DNA of 64,000 nucleotides from Thermoplasmata archaeon (GCA_030037815.1 JASHPZ010000022.1:1782-65781); one strand, 5' to 3'. Counted from the stretch's first letter, positions 51,410 to 61,880 are shown. Numbers and translations: made by a program. Notes: a model not told the origin generated them from the sequence alone.

Positions 51410-52819
51410 ATGGCGTTCGCGGTCCGGACCTGGCCCCGTCGCCTCGTCGCCCGCCCGTGGCTGCTCGGGTTCGTGCCGATCAACGCCGCGACGGCGGGGT
51501 TCGGCGTCGTCCTGCCGCTGCTGATCCTGATCACGCTCAGGGGGTCGTGGGCCGAGGTCGCGGTCGCCGCGACGATCTACAACTCGGCCGTCATCCTGAT
51601 GTCGGTCGTCTGGGGGCACCTCTCCGACCGGTACCGCCACCGCCGCACGTTCCTCGTCGTGAACTTCGGCGGCTACGGCATGCTCTACGCGCTGCTCACC
51701 CAGATCCACACGGTCGCCGAGCTGTACGCGATCTACCTCGTCATCGGGGTGCTGGCGCCCGCCGGCGCGAGCGCGTCGAACCTCCTCATCCTCGAGAAGT
51801 TCACCGAGGAGGAGCGCCCGAACGCGTTCGCGTCGTTCCAGGAGATGAGCATGGTCGGCTCCCTCGTCGGCCTGCTGATCGGCTACTTCTGGACGCTCCG
51901 GGACGACGCGCTGCTCACCCTGCTATACCTGCTGGGAGCCCTCGCGCTCGCGAGCGCGGTCGCGCTCTGGTTCGGGATTCGCGAGGCGCCCCGGCAGCTC
52001 ACGACCGCGAGCGTCGCCCGGCACCCCGAGAGCCTCTTCTCGCGGATCCGCACGTTCACGGAGACGCGGATCGCGGTGCCGTTCTTCCCGCACCGCCCGC
52101 CGGTCACGCGCGACTCCCTCCGGCGGCTCCGCACCTGGGCCCGCGAGGAGATGCGGCACGAACTGCCGCTCGTGTTCGTCGCCGGGTTCCTGTTCAACCT
52201 CGCGTCCAACCTCTACAACATCTCGTACACGCCCTACCTGTACTCGGCGGGCCTCGCCACGGCCTCGATCTTCCTCGTCAACCTGTCGAACAACTTCGTC
52301 CAGACTCTCGTCTTCCCGCTAACCGGAGGGCTCTCCCGCCGGTTCGGCCCGGACCGCTTGGTCCAGCACGCCACCTACCTGCGCGCGGTCGGCTACCTCG
52401 CGACGGCCGGGCTGACGTTCGCGGTCCTCGCGCGGAACGGCGTCTACTCGTCCAACCTCGCGATCTACGCGGTGCTCGGCGGCGCGATCGCCGTCTACAC
52501 GACCGCCAGCTCGCTGATGCTGTTCCGCGGCCTCGAGGGGCGCGACGCGGGGAGCCTCCTCGGCGTCAACAGCGCGCTCGGCGGCGGAGCGGCGGTCGCG
52601 GGCGCGGGGCTCGCGGGGATCCTCGCGGTGTTCGGGAGCTTCCGGCTCGTCTTCCTCGTGTCGGGCGGGGCGCTCCTCGTCTCGCTCCCGATCTGGACCG
52701 CGGCGTCGGTCGCCTACCACCGCCGCCGTCACGGTCGGCCGCAGCCGACCCCGCCCGCCGCACCGTCCTCGGCCCCGAGCGCGCTCGGAGAGGCGTCAGC
52801 GGCCGCGAAAACCCCATAA
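51410..52819 (+). CDS. MFS transporter.
   Basis: The protein is 469 aa with 12-14 predicted TM segments. An MFS motif (GHLSDRYRHRRTF) follows TM2. Confidence 0.8.
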   Translation: MAFAVRTWPRRLVARPWLLGFVPINAATAGFGVVLPLLILITLRGSWAEVAVAATIYNSAVILMSVVWGHLSDRYRHRRTFLVVNFGGYGMLYALLTQIHTVAELYAIYLVIGVLAPAGASASNLLILEKFTEEERPNAFASFQEMSMVGSLVGLLIGYFWTLRDDALLTLLYLLGALALASAVALWFGIREAPRQLTTASVARHPESLFSRIRTFTETRIAVPFFPHRPPVTRDSLRRLRTWAREEMRHELPLVFVAGFLFNLASNLYNISYTPYLYSAGLATASIFLVNLSNNFVQTLVFPLTGGLSRRFGPDRLVQHATYLRAVGYLATAGLTFAVLARNGVYSSNLAIYAVLGGAIAVYTTASSLMLFRGLEGRDAGSLLGVNSALGGGAAVAGAGLAGILAVFGSFRLVFLVSGGALLVSLPIWTAASVAYHRRRHGRPQPTPPAAPSSAPSALGEASAAAKTP

Positions 52820-52850
52820 CCTCGGGCCCGTCCTCGGGCGCGAAGGGACC

Positions 52851-53981
52851 ATGCCCGAGGCGTCCGATGTGCAGCGGGGCCTCGAAGACGTGGTCGCGCT
52901 CGAGTCGCGCATCTGCTTCATCGACGGCCGCCAGGGACGGTTGATCTACCAGGGGTACGACATCCGGGACCTCGCCGCGCGCTCGACGTTCGAGGAGGTC
53001 GCCTACCTGCTCTGGTACGGCCGGCTTCCGAGCGCGCAGCAGCTCGCCGACTTGAAGAGCCGCCTGAGCGAGCTGCGCGCCCTCCCCGACCCGCTCGCGC
53101 GCCAGATCGACGCGCTGCCGGCGGACGCGACCCCGATGGACATCCTCCGGACCGCCGTCAGCGCCCTCGCGCTCCTCGAGCCGGAGGAGACGAAGCCGGG
53201 CGCGAGCTCGATCGGTGGCGCTCAGCGGCTGACCGCCGTGCTCCCCACGATCCTGGGCCATTTCCACCGGCGTCGCGCGGGGAAGCCCGCCCTGCGCCCG
53301 CGGCCCGAGCTCTCCGCGGCGGCGTACCTGGTCTACGCGCTCCTCGACCGCGAGCCGACCGAGCTCGAGGCGAAGGTCGTGGACGTCTGCCTGATCCTCC
53401 ACGCCGACCACGAGTTGAACGCCTCGACGTTCGCGGCCCGGGTCACCGCGTCGACCCTGAGCGACCTCTACAGCGCCGTGACGAGCGCGATCGGGACGCT
53501 CAAGGGCCCGCTCCACGGCGGTGCGAACGAGCGGGTGATGGAGCTGCTCGCCGAGATCCAGTCGGTCGACCGGGTCGAGGAGGTCGTGAAGGGGAAGCTC
53601 GCCCGCCACGAGCGGATCATGGGGTTCGGCCACCGCGTCTACAAGGTCGAGGACCCGCGCGCCACCATCCTTCGCGAGTGGTCGCGCCGGATGGGCGAGG
53701 AGGAGGGGAACCTCCACTACTACGAACTGCTCCGCAAGGTGGAGGAGGTCGTCCACCGCGAGAAGGGCCTCTACCCGAACGTCGACCTCTACTCGGGTTC
53801 GGTCTACTCCCTGCTCGGGATCCCGCCCGACCTGTTCACCCCGATCTTCGCCGCCAGCCGGGTCGCCGGCTGGACGGCGCACGTGCTCGAGGAGTACCAG
53901 GACCTTCGCCTGATCCGTCCGACCGCGAAGTACGTCGGGGCGATCGACCTCACGTACGTGCCGGTCGGGCAGCGCAGCTAG
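52851..53981 (+). CDS. gltA: Citrate synthase.
   Basis: The catalytic region is GFGHRVYKVEDPRA. A second conserved segment is ...DHELNASTF.... The protein is 376 aa. Confidence 0.9.
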   Translation: MPEASDVQRGLEDVVALESRICFIDGRQGRLIYQGYDIRDLAARSTFEEVAYLLWYGRLPSAQQLADLKSRLSELRALPDPLARQIDALPADATPMDILRTAVSALALLEPEETKPGASSIGGAQRLTAVLPTILGHFHRRRAGKPALRPRPELSAAAYLVYALLDREPTELEAKVVDVCLILHADHELNASTFAARVTASTLSDLYSAVTSAIGTLKGPLHGGANERVMELLAEIQSVDRVEEVVKGKLARHERIMGFGHRVYKVEDPRATILREWSRRMGEEEGNLHYYELLRKVEEVVHREKGLYPNVDLYSGSVYSLLGIPPDLFTPIFAASRVAGWTAHVLEEYQDLRLIRPTAKYVGAIDLTYVPVGQRS

Positions 53982-54373
53982 ATCCGGCCCCGACCGCGCG
54001 GGGACGAGACCCGCTCGACGTGCATCAGCACGTAACGGAGGTCGGGCCGGTGGGCGAGCCGCGCGACCACCTCCGTGCCGCGGTCGGCGAGGCGGACCGT
54101 CACGTCCAGCATCTCGGCGGTCAAGTACCGGTAGGCGAACTCCCCGCGCCCGGCGGGCGCCCCCCTCCCGAGGTCGATCCGGACCCGCACCGCGCGGACG
54201 AACGGCTGGAGCGCGACCGCGGCCTCGATCGCGCGGGCGAGCGCCGGCGCGGTCCGGGCCGCGACGGGCGTCCCGACGTACTGGTGGAACACCCCGCCGA
54301 GCTTGATGCCCGCCTCGAACAGGAGCGCCTCGCGGGTCGTGAGGCGCGCGCGGTGGACGGGACGGGTCGTCAC
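53978..54373 (-). CDS. Hypothetical small protein; possibly a pterin-related enzyme, but I cannot confirm the family.
   Basis: The C-terminal 131 aa of ORF 53978..55027 begin at a GTG that overlaps the pssA stop (VTTRPVHRARLTTREALLFEAGIKLGGVF...). Confidence 0.35.
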   Translation of the reverse strand: MTTRPVHRARLTTREALLFEAGIKLGGVFHQYVGTPVAARTAPALARAIEAAVALQPFVRAVRVRIDLGRGAPAGRGEFAYRYLTAEMLDVTVRLADRGTEVVARLAHRPDLRYVLMHVERVSSPRGRGRI

Positions 54374-55125
54374 GGGGCCCTCGACGCGGCCGGGCGTCGG
54401 TCGACGGTGAACGGCCCGACCAAGTAGTAGGCCGCGACCCCGACCAGCATCCCCAGCGCGGCGACGTCCGCGACGAGGTAGAGCGCGGAGCCGGTCGGCG
54501 GTCGGAACTGGAGCGGCACGAGCGCGACGGCGGCGAAGACGGCGGTCGCGGCCATCGCCCACCGGAGCTTCGACCCGCGACGGACCTTCGGGTACGGCAC
54601 CGGGACGACCATCATCCCGGCGAGGACGACCACGCCGACCCCGAGGCCGATCGGCTGCACGGTCTGGAACGCGGGCGTGTCGTGGAAGAGCAGCGCGACC
54701 ACGAGCGCGAGAGCGCTCTCGGGCGTCGGCACGCCGAGGAAGTAGGGCAAGGCGTGGGCGCGGGCGGTGAAGTAGACGAGCCGGGCGAGCGCGGCCGCGA
54801 GGTAGGCGGCCCCCAGGAGGAGGAACACGGTGGCGTACGGCTGCCAGGCGGCGACGTTCGTCGTGTGGACCGCGATCATCACCGCCGGCGCGACCCCGAA
54901 CGTCGTCGCGTCCGCGACCGAGTCGGCGACCCGCCCGAAGGCGCTCGGCGGCAGCGGGCTCTTGCGGGAGAGGAGCCCGTCCAGCCCGTCGAACCCGATG
55001 GCGATCACCACGAGCAACATCGCCCACACCTTGTTGCCGGCGAGCGTGTAGAGGACGGCGCCGACGCCGAGGAGCCCGTTCGCGAGCGTGGCGAGGTTGG
55101 CCGCGACGCGGAACCGGTCCGTCAC
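54370..55125 (-). CDS. pssA: CDP-alcohol phosphatidyltransferase, probably archaetidylserine synthase.
   Basis: The motif is GFDGLDGLLSR...RVADSVAD (D-G-x2-A-R...G-x3-D-x3-D). The protein has multiple TM segments. It lies directly upstream of the psd-like gene. Confidence 0.78.
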   Translation of the reverse strand: MTDRFRVAANLATLANGLLGVGAVLYTLAGNKVWAMLLVVIAIGFDGLDGLLSRKSPLPPSAFGRVADSVADATTFGVAPAVMIAVHTTNVAAWQPYATVFLLLGAAYLAAALARLVYFTARAHALPYFLGVPTPESALALVVALLFHDTPAFQTVQPIGLGVGVVVLAGMMVVPVPYPKVRRGSKLRWAMAATAVFAAVALVPLQFRPPTGSALYLVADVAALGMLVGVAAYYLVGPFTVDRRPAASRAP

Positions 55126-55745
55126 GATCGCTCCACGGCGATCGAGGTCGCCCCGGCCCGGACGCGGTCCCCGACGTTCACGACGGGCCGGAAGCGGTCC
55201 GCCGGCAGGTGGACGTCCACCCGCGAGCCGAGGATGATCATGCCGAACCGCTCCCCCTTCCGGAGGATCCGACCCGGGCCGACGAACGGGACGAGCCTCC
55301 GCGCGAGGACTCCCGTGATCTGGACGACCTCGACCGGCCCGTACTCGGTCGCGAGCGCGTAGTGGCGGCGGACGTTCTCGCCCGCGTCCGGTCGGTACGC
55401 GGCCCGGTGGCCGGCCCCCGCGACCCGGGTCGCGTCGACCCGCGCGTCCACCGGGGTCCGGTTCACGTGGACGTTGGTGACGTTCATGAACACCGAGACG
55501 ACCAGGCGGCCGTCGACCTGCTCGACGGAACGGACCCGCCCGTCCGCGGCGGAGACGACCCCGGGACCGACCGGTCGCTCCGGGTCCCGGAAGAACACCG
55601 CGAGGAACGCGAACAGCGCGAGGAGGAGCGCGACCACGACGAGGCCGGGGACGCGCTCGACCCAGCCGCCGGCGACGAGCGCCGCGAACAGGACGAGCAC
55701 CGCGGCGACCGGGCCCAAGAAACGGCCCGCCCCGGGGGCGAACAC
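55122..55745 (-). CDS. psd: Archaetidylserine (phosphatidylserine) decarboxylase-related protein.
   Basis: It has an N-terminal TM segment and a C-terminal Psd-like region with the LGSRVD processing-site-like motif. It is operonic with pssA. Confidence 0.7.
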   Translation of the reverse strand: MFAPGAGRFLGPVAAVLVLFAALVAGGWVERVPGLVVVALLLALFAFLAVFFRDPERPVGPGVVSAADGRVRSVEQVDGRLVVSVFMNVTNVHVNRTPVDARVDATRVAGAGHRAAYRPDAGENVRRHYALATEYGPVEVVQITGVLARRLVPFVGPGRILRKGERFGMIILGSRVDVHLPADRFRPVVNVGDRVRAGATSIAVERS

Positions 55746-55749
55746 GCGC

Positions 55750-56061
55750 CTAACCGGTCAGGACGATCTCGATGTTGACGCCGTCGGGCACCTGGATGCG
55801 CATCACCTGGCGCAGCGCCCGCTCGTCGGCGTCGATGTCGATGAGGCGCTTGTGGATCCGCATCTCCCAGTGGTCGATCGTGCTCGTCCCGCCGCCGTCC
55901 GGCCCCTTGCGGACCGGCACCTTGAGCTTCTTCGTCGGGAGCGGGATCGGGCCGGCGATCGCGACGCCCGTCTTGGAGGAGATGTCGCGGATCTGCTTGC
56001 AGATCGTGTCGACCTTGCGGGAGTCGGTGCCCGACAGCGAGATCCGCGCCTTCTGCACCAT
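55750..56061 (-). CDS. rps10: 30S ribosomal protein S10 (uS10).
   Basis: The sequence is ...[48 protein letters not shown].... It lies downstream of tuf, the archaeal tuf-rps10 arrangement. Confidence 0.9.
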   Translation of the reverse strand: MVQKARISLSGTDSRKVDTICKQIRDISSKTGVAIAGPIPLPTKKLKVPVRKGPDGGGTSTIDHWEMRIHKRLIDIDADERALRQVMRIQVPDGVNIEIVLTG

Positions 56062-56106
56062 CGATAGCCCCTCCCCTCGGTCGACCGCGGATCCCGTTCG
56101 GCGCGA

Positions 56107-57384
56107 TTACTCGCGCTTCTTGACCTCGACGACGACGCCCGCCGCGACCGTCTGTCCCATGTCGCGGACGGCGAACCGCCCGAGCTGCGGGAACTCTTTG
56201 TACTTCTCGATGACGAGCGGCCGCTTCGGCGTGATCTTCACGACCGCCGCGTCCCCGGTCTTGAGCGTCTGCGGGTTCTCCTCGGCGACCTGCCCGGTCT
56301 TCGGGTCGAGGCGCTTCTGGAGCTCCGTGAACTCGCAGGCGACCTGGGCGGTGTGGCAGTGGAACACCGGCGTGTACCCGACCGTGATGACGCTCGGGTG
56401 GTTCAAGACCTGGATGTTCGCGATGAAGCTCTCGACCACCGTCGGCGGCGCGGACGTGGGGCCCGCGACGTCGCCGCGGCGGATGTCGTTCTTGTCGATG
56501 CCGCGGACGTTGAACCCGACGTTGTCGCCGGGGATCGCCTCGGTCACTGACTCGTGGTGCATCTCGATCGACTTCACTTCGCCCGACTTCCCGCTCGGGA
56601 GGAAGGTGATCTTGTCGCCGATCTTGAGCGTCCCGGTCTCGACCCGGCCGACCGGCACGGTGCCGATCCCGGTGATTGTGTAGACGTCCTGGATCGGGAG
56701 CCGGAGCGGCTTTCCCGTCGGCTTCTCGGGGACCTTCAGGTTGTCGAGCGCCTGGAGGAGCGTCGGGCCCTTGAACCACGGCATGTTCGGGCTCGCCTTG
56801 TTGATGTTGTCGTCCTTGAACGCCGAGATGGGGACGAAGACGACCTGCTCCGCGACCTTGAAGCCGACGTTCTTGAGGAGCTTCGTCAGCTCCTCCTTCA
56901 GGTCGTTGAACTTCGCCTCGGAGTACGCGACCTCCTGCCGGTCCATCTTGTTGACCGCGCAGATCAGCTGCGTCACGCCGAGCGTCCGCGAGAGGAAGAT
57001 GTGCTCGCGGGTCTGCTCCTGGATCCCCTCCGCGGCCGAACAGACGAGCACGGCCGCGTCGGCCTGGCTCGTCCCCGTGATCATGTTCTTGACGAAGTCG
57101 CGGTGGCCGGGCGCGTCGATGATGGTGAAGTAGTACTTCTGCGTGTCAAAGCGGCGGTGCGCGATGTCGATCGTGACGCCGCGCTCGCGCTCCTCCTTCA
57201 AGTCGTCCATCACCCAGGCGAACTCGAACGTCGCCTTTCCCTTCGACTCCGCCTCGGCGCGGAACTTGTCGATCTCTTCCTGGCGGATGTAGCCGGTATC
57301 GAGCAGGAGGCGGCCGACGGTCGTCGACTTTCCGTGGTCCACGTGTCCGATGAACACGATGTTGAGGTGGGGCTTCTGCGCCAT
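56107..57384 (-). CDS. tuf: Translation elongation factor 1-alpha (aEF-1A).
   Basis: The N-terminus is [28 protein letters not shown] second motif is DAPGHRDF. The third is NKMD. Confidence 0.95.
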   Translation of the reverse strand: MAQKPHLNIVFIGHVDHGKSTTVGRLLLDTGYIRQEEIDKFRAEAESKGKATFEFAWVMDDLKEERERGVTIDIAHRRFDTQKYYFTIIDAPGHRDFVKNMITGTSQADAAVLVCSAAEGIQEQTREHIFLSRTLGVTQLICAVNKMDRQEVAYSEAKFNDLKEELTKLLKNVGFKVAEQVVFVPISAFKDDNINKASPNMPWFKGPTLLQALDNLKVPEKPTGKPLRLPIQDVYTITGIGTVPVGRVETGTLKIGDKITFLPSGKSGEVKSIEMHHESVTEAIPGDNVGFNVRGIDKNDIRRGDVAGPTSAPPTVVESFIANIQVLNHPSVITVGYTPVFHCHTAQVACEFTELQKRLDPKTGQVAEENPQTLKTGDAAVVKITPKRPLVIEKYKEFPQLGRFAVRDMGQTVAAGVVVEVKKRE

Positions 57385-57511
57385 AGCGGAGTCTTTCTCC
57401 GGGCGCGGCCAAAAGGTGCCCCTATTTAGGCGTTCGTGCGCCGGGCCGCCGAGAGCGGCCGCGCCCGTCGGGCGGAAGGGGTTCGGGTCGACGCCGGGGG
57501 CACCGGACCGT

Positions 57512-57922
57512 TCAGCTCGCGGGCCCGACCGTGAACTCGTTCCCGTCCGGGTCGCGGATCGACGCCCACCAGCCCCAGTCGGCCTTCTCGGGCTCGGTGA
57601 CGAACTCGACGCCCTGCGCCTTCAACGCGTCGCACGCGGCGACGAAGTCCTTGCCGGGCAGGAGGAGCGCGATCCCGGTGTTGCCGGGCTCGAGCTTCCC
57701 GTTCGGGTCGAACTCGGTCGTCTGGCAGAGGTGGAGGACCCCGGGACGGCCCTTCCGCCCGACCGTCACCCAGTGCTCCATCCGGTCGATGACGTCGAGC
57801 CCGAGCTTCTCCGTGTACCACTTCGTGGCGTTCTCGCGGTCGGCGACGACGACGGCGACGCTCGACACGATCGGCTTCGCGGCCGCGGCGCGCGCCGCGG
57901 CCGGCTTCTTCTTGGCGGGCAT
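57512..57922 (-). CDS. VOC/glyoxalase-family protein.
   Basis: The internal ATG gives [11 protein letters not shown]... followed by a VOC fold (...[19 protein letters not shown]...IRDPDGNEF). The upstream part of the listed ORF is out of context. Confidence 0.65.
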   Translation of the reverse strand: MPAKKKPAAARAAAAKPIVSSVAVVVADRENATKWYTEKLGLDVIDRMEHWVTVGRKGRPGVLHLCQTTEFDPNGKLEPGNTGIALLLPGKDFVAACDALKAQGVEFVTEPEKADWGWWASIRDPDGNEFTVGPAS

Positions 57923-58040
57923 GGATTCCTCGGCCGGGAACCGTCCCGGGGTCCCTTCAACCCTCCCGGTAGGGTGCTGAAACGCCCCGCGTCGGAGCAA
58001 GCGCTTTTAGGCCGCCCACGGTCCCGACTCCGTCCTCCTT

Positions 58041-58535
58041 TTGCGCGCTGTGCCGGCCTCCACCTCGCCCCCGTCGACCGTGTCGCAGAGCCGCGCGTCG
58101 GTCGTCCGCCTGATGGTCCCGACGGACGCGAACTTCACCGGGAACGTGTTCGGCGGCGAGATCCTCGCCGAGGTGGACCGGGTCGCGTACATCACCGCCA
58201 CGCGCCACGCCCGCTTGCAAGTCGTCACCGCGTCGTTCGACCGGGTCGACTTCCTCGCGCCGGTGCACGTCGGCGAGGTGGTCGGGTTCGATGCCCAGGT
58301 GACGTGGGTCGGGCGCACCTCGATGGAGGTCTGGGTCCAGGTCCACGCCGAGCCCGCGACGGGAGGGACCTCCCGCCGCGTCGCCGAGGCGTTCATCACG
58401 ATGGTCGCGCTGGACGCCGACGGACGGCCGGCACCGGTCCCCCCGCTCGCGCTCGAGTCCGACGAGGAGCGGACCCGGTTCGCCGAGGGGGAGCGGCGCG
58501 CGGAGGGCCGGCGACGGTCCCGCCGACCGAACTAG
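58041..58535 (+). CDS. Acyl-CoA thioesterase (hotdog fold, YciA/4HBT-like).
   Basis: The hotdog-fold region is VRLMVPTDANFTGNVFGGEILAEVDRVAYITA...DFLAPVHVGEVV. Confidence 0.75.
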   Translation: MRAVPASTSPPSTVSQSRASVVRLMVPTDANFTGNVFGGEILAEVDRVAYITATRHARLQVVTASFDRVDFLAPVHVGEVVGFDAQVTWVGRTSMEVWVQVHAEPATGGTSRRVAEAFITMVALDADGRPAPVPPLALESDEERTRFAEGERRAEGRRRSRRPN

Positions 58536-58545
58536 GAGACGAACG

Positions 58546-58995
58546 ATGCTGTGCGAGATGTGCGGGAAGGACGTCGACGTGGTGAGCCGGGTGCGGGTCG
58601 AGGCCTCGGTGCTGTCGCTCTGCTCCGACTGCGCGCGGTTCGGGACCCTCCTCGACCCGCCGAAACCGGCCGGCGCGGGGGGCGGCGGCGCGATGCGCCC
58701 CGGGGGGACCGCCACGCGGCCGGGCGGACCGGGACGCCGACTCGAGGAGCGCGACCTCTACACGGACATCGGCGAGCTCGAGCTCGCGCCGGACTGGCCG
58801 AAGCGCGTCCGCACGGCGCGGGACGCGCTCGGGTGGACGCCGGACCAGCTCGGCCAGAAGCTGAACGAGAAGAAGTCGGTCGTGCTCAAGATCGAGAGCG
58901 GCAACTTTCACCCGCCGGACGCGCTCGTGCGGAAGCTCGAGCGCCTGCTGAAGGTCCGGCTCCGGGCCGACCCGGAGTCGATGCCGTCCGGCTGA
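58546..58995 (+). CDS. Archaeal multiprotein-bridging factor 1 (aMBF1): an N-terminal zinc ribbon plus a C-terminal XRE-type HTH.
   Basis: The N-terminus is MLCEMCGKDVD...LCSDCARFG. The HTH region is ...ARDALGWTPDQLGQKLNEKKSVVLKIESGNFHP. Confidence 0.7.
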   Translation: MLCEMCGKDVDVVSRVRVEASVLSLCSDCARFGTLLDPPKPAGAGGGGAMRPGGTATRPGGPGRRLEERDLYTDIGELELAPDWPKRVRTARDALGWTPDQLGQKLNEKKSVVLKIESGNFHPPDALVRKLERLLKVRLRADPESMPSG

Positions 58996-59002
58996 TCCCG
59001 CT

Positions 59003-59374
59003 TCACCGGTCCGGGCGCCGGGAGTCCGGGCGTCGGCCGACCCGCCGGTGGTGCGGGGACGGCGGGGCGCGGTGGGGCGTCGTCAGGCCGACCGAACTGC
59101 CGACCTCCGCGCGCGCGAACGCGGCAGGCCCCTCCGGGTCCGCGGCGACGCGAAGGTCGTCCCGGTAGAGGGCGAGGAGGGAGTTCCCCCACAGCGCGTA
59201 CGCCCCGCCGAGGGCCGCGAGGGCGGCGATCGCCGCGAGCGAGAGGTCGGCGTCCCCCGCGACGAGCGCGAGCGCGCTCAGGCCGACGACCGCGACCAGC
59301 ATCCCGACGGCCGCCCGGTCGATGTCGCGGTGCGCGCGGCGGTCCCGGTGCGAGTACGTCTCGACCCGGGGCAT
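59003..59374 (-). CDS. Small two-TM membrane protein, hypothetical.
   Basis: The ORF is 123 aa with hydrophobic segments (VGMLVAVVGLSALALVAG, AAIAALAALGGAYAL). Confidence 0.3.
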   Translation of the reverse strand: MPRVETYSHRDRRAHRDIDRAAVGMLVAVVGLSALALVAGDADLSLAAIAALAALGGAYALWGNSLLALYRDDLRVAADPEGPAAFARAEVGSSVGLTTPHRAPPSPHHRRVGRRPDSRRPDR

Positions 59375-59389
59375 CGACGGACCCCGCGG

Positions 59390-60382
59390 TCAGCGCCGCC
59401 CGCGCCGTCCCCGAGGGCGGCCGCCGAGCAGGAGTTCGAGGATCGCCTTCTGGGCGTGGAGCCGGTTCTCCGCCTGGTCCCAGACGACGGAGTGCGGCCC
59501 GTCCATCACCGAGTCGGTGATCTCCTGGCCGCGGTGCGCCGGGAGGTCGTGCAGGACGACCGCGGTCGGTTTCGCCCGCGCGACCAGCGCGTCGTCGAGG
59601 CAGAAGCCGCGGAACGCGGCCTCGCGCGCGGCCGCCTCCGCCTCGTCCCCCATCGACACCCAGACGTCGGTGTAGAGGGCGTCCGCGCCTCGCGCAGCGT
59701 CGGCCGGTCGGTCGGTGAACGCGAGATTCGCGCCCGTCCGCCGTGCGAGCGCCTGCGCCGCCTCGACCACCTCCGGCCGGGGCCGGTACGCGGCCGGGGT
59801 CGCCGCGACGAGGTCGAGGCCGACGGCGGCCGCCCCGAGGAGCAGCGAGTGGAGGACGTTGTTCCCGTCCCCGACCCAGGCGAGCCGGCGGCCGGAGAAG
59901 TCGCCGTCCCACTGTTCGTGGAGCGTCAGGAGGTCGGCGGCGATCTGGCACGGGTGCTCGAGGTCGTCGAGCGCGTTGACGACGGGCACGCTCGCGTGGC
60001 GCGCGAGTTCCACCACGTCCGCGTGCCGGAACGCGCGGTAGACGATCCCGTCGACGTACCGGGAGAGCACCCGCGCCGTGTCGGCGATCGTCTCCCCGCG
60101 GCCGAGCTGGAGGTCCTTCGGCGACAGGTAGAGCGCGTGGCCCCCGAGGTCGTTCACCCCGACCTCGAACGACGTGCGCGTGCGCGTGGACGGCTTCTCG
60201 AAGATCATCGCCACGTTCGCACCGGCGAGCAGCGGCTCGCGCCGGCCGCGGCGGCGGGCCGCCTTCAACTCCCGCGCACGCGCGAGGAGGTGGGGGAGGT
60301 CGTCCGCGAGGTCGGTCACCGAGAGCACGTCGCGCTTCGCCGGGGTCGGGCCCATGGGCGACGTCATCGGTCCGTCGGCCAA
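59390..60382 (-). CDS. argF: Ornithine carbamoyltransferase family. The conserved HCLP motif reads HDLP.
   Basis: The carbamoyl-phosphate site is STRTRTSFEVG. Other conserved motifs are HPCQIAADLLT and DVWVSMG. The C-terminal segment is ...VVLHDLPAHRGQEITDSVMDGPHSVVWDQAENRLHAQKAILELL. Confidence 0.82.
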   Translation of the reverse strand: MADGPMTSPMGPTPAKRDVLSVTDLADDLPHLLARARELKAARRRGRREPLLAGANVAMIFEKPSTRTRTSFEVGVNDLGGHALYLSPKDLQLGRGETIADTARVLSRYVDGIVYRAFRHADVVELARHASVPVVNALDDLEHPCQIAADLLTLHEQWDGDFSGRRLAWVGDGNNVLHSLLLGAAAVGLDLVAATPAAYRPRPEVVEAAQALARRTGANLAFTDRPADAARGADALYTDVWVSMGDEAEAAAREAAFRGFCLDDALVARAKPTAVVLHDLPAHRGQEITDSVMDGPHSVVWDQAENRLHAQKAILELLLGGRPRGRRGRR

Positions 60383-60458
60383 AACAACTGCGCGCGCCCG
60401 CGTCCGCCTGAGCGCACGTTATCAACGCGACCGCGCTGGCCGCGCCCGAGGAAGCTGG

Positions 60459-61880
60459 ATGCCGGCACGAACGAAGTCGACGGCGAAGACCCCCTCCGAC
60501 GATGCGGCGCCCCGACCGAAGGCGCGCACGGGGGGACGGAAGGTCTACATGGTGGCGGGCGGCGTGACAAAGTTCGCGAAGGCCCACCCGTCGATGGACT
60601 TCCGCCTGATGGTGAAGCGCGCGTACGACGCGGCGATGCAGGAGGTCCCGAACCTGACGCCGGACCGGATCGACGGGACGCGCATCTCCTACTTCTCCGA
60701 CCACTTCTCGCGCCAGTTGAAGGCCGCGAGCATGGTCCAGGACTACCTCGGGATGAACCCGAAGGGCTCGGTCCGGATCGAGTGGGGCGGCGCGACCGGC
60801 GGCGAGTGCTTCCAGGCCGGCTACGAGGCCGTCGCGAGCGGACGGATGGACGTCTGCCTCGCCGCCGGCTACGAGACGATGAGCCGGGTCGCGACGTGGA
60901 AGGGGAACGAGTTCATCGCCCTCGCGTCCGACACGAACTTCGACTTCCCGCTCGGCGGGTTCTACACGGGCTACTACGCCCTGATGGTCGTCCGCCACAT
61001 CTACGAGTACCTGCGGCTCGGCAAGTTCGCGCACGTCAAGGACGAGCGCGAGGCGCAGCGGCTCGCGATCGCGGAGGGGAGCCGGATCATGAGCATGGTT
61101 TCGGTGAAGAACCACCTGAACGCGCTCCACAATCCGTACGCGCAGTACCCGAAGCGGCTCACCGTCGACCAGGTGCTCCGGTCGGAGATGATCAGCTACC
61201 CGGTGACGCGCGAGCAGATCTGCACGATGTCGGACGGCGCCGCGGCGGTCATCCTGTGCGACGAGTCGACCGCGCGCGAGCTCACCGACAATCCGGTCCG
61301 CGTGATCGGGGTCGGCTGCGGGACCGACACGATGCGGCTGGCCGACCGCCCGTTCGGGAAGGTGCCGTTGATGGCGCACGAGAAGGCGGCCGACTACGAG
61401 CACCTCCGCTACCCGGGCGTCCACTCGTTCCGCGCCGGTCGCGCCGCCGGGCTCGAGGCGTACCGGATGGCCGGCATCGAGAACCCGAACCGCGACCTCG
61501 ACTTCATCGAGCTTCATGACGCGTACGCCTCGAGCGAGATCCAGACGTACGAGGACCTCGGCCTCTGCCGGTACGGCGAGGGGTACTCGTTCGTCGAGCG
61601 GGGCGACCCGTTCCTGAAGGGCGTCGACTACGGGTTCCCGACGCCCCAGGCGGGCGCGATCCCGGTCAACCCGTCGGGCGGCCTGATCGCGTGCGGCCAC
61701 CCCGTCGGCGCGACCGGGCTGATGCAGGGCGTCTTCGCTTTCTGGCAGCTGCAGGGCACGATCCCCACGCACTTCCGCGACCCCGCGCTCCAGCTCGACC
61801 ACCCGAAGCGCGGCGCGATCCACAGCCACGCCGGGACGGGATCGTCCGTGACCGTCTCGATCCTCGAGCGGGGGTTCTGA
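60459..61880 (+). CDS. Thiolase-family protein (archaeal acetoacetyl-CoA thiolase / SCP-x-type).
   Basis: The internal ATG gives MPARTKST...KVYMVAGGVTKFAKAHPS. The active-site region is ...GGECFQAGYEA... and the C-terminal thiolase region includes ...CGHPVGATG. The sequence upstream of that ATG in the listed ORF is Arg-rich junk. Confidence 0.85.
   Translation: MPARTKSTAKTPSDDAAPRPKARTGGRKVYMVAGGVTKFAKAHPSMDFRLMVKRAYDAAMQEVPNLTPDRIDGTRISYFSDHFSRQLKAASMVQDYLGMNPKGSVRIEWGGATGGECFQAGYEAVASGRMDVCLAAGYETMSRVATWKGNEFIALASDTNFDFPLGGFYTGYYALMVVRHIYEYLRLGKFAHVKDEREAQRLAIAEGSRIMSMVSVKNHLNALHNPYAQYPKRLTVDQVLRSEMISYPVTREQICTMSDGAAAVILCDESTARELTDNPVRVIGVGCGTDTMRLADRPFGKVPLMAHEKAADYEHLRYPGVHSFRAGRAAGLEAYRMAGIENPNRDLDFIELHDAYASSEIQTYEDLGLCRYGEGYSFVERGDPFLKGVDYGFPTPQAGAIPVNPSGGLIACGHPVGATGLMQGVFAFWQLQGTIPTHFRDPALQLDHPKRGAIHSHAGTGSSVTVSILERGF

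Noticed and set aside
57980-58040. A possible small gene or regulatory element between the glyoxalase gene and the thioesterase gene.
   Set aside because: It is only about 120 nt and GC-rich, and I found no open frame or repeat structure there.
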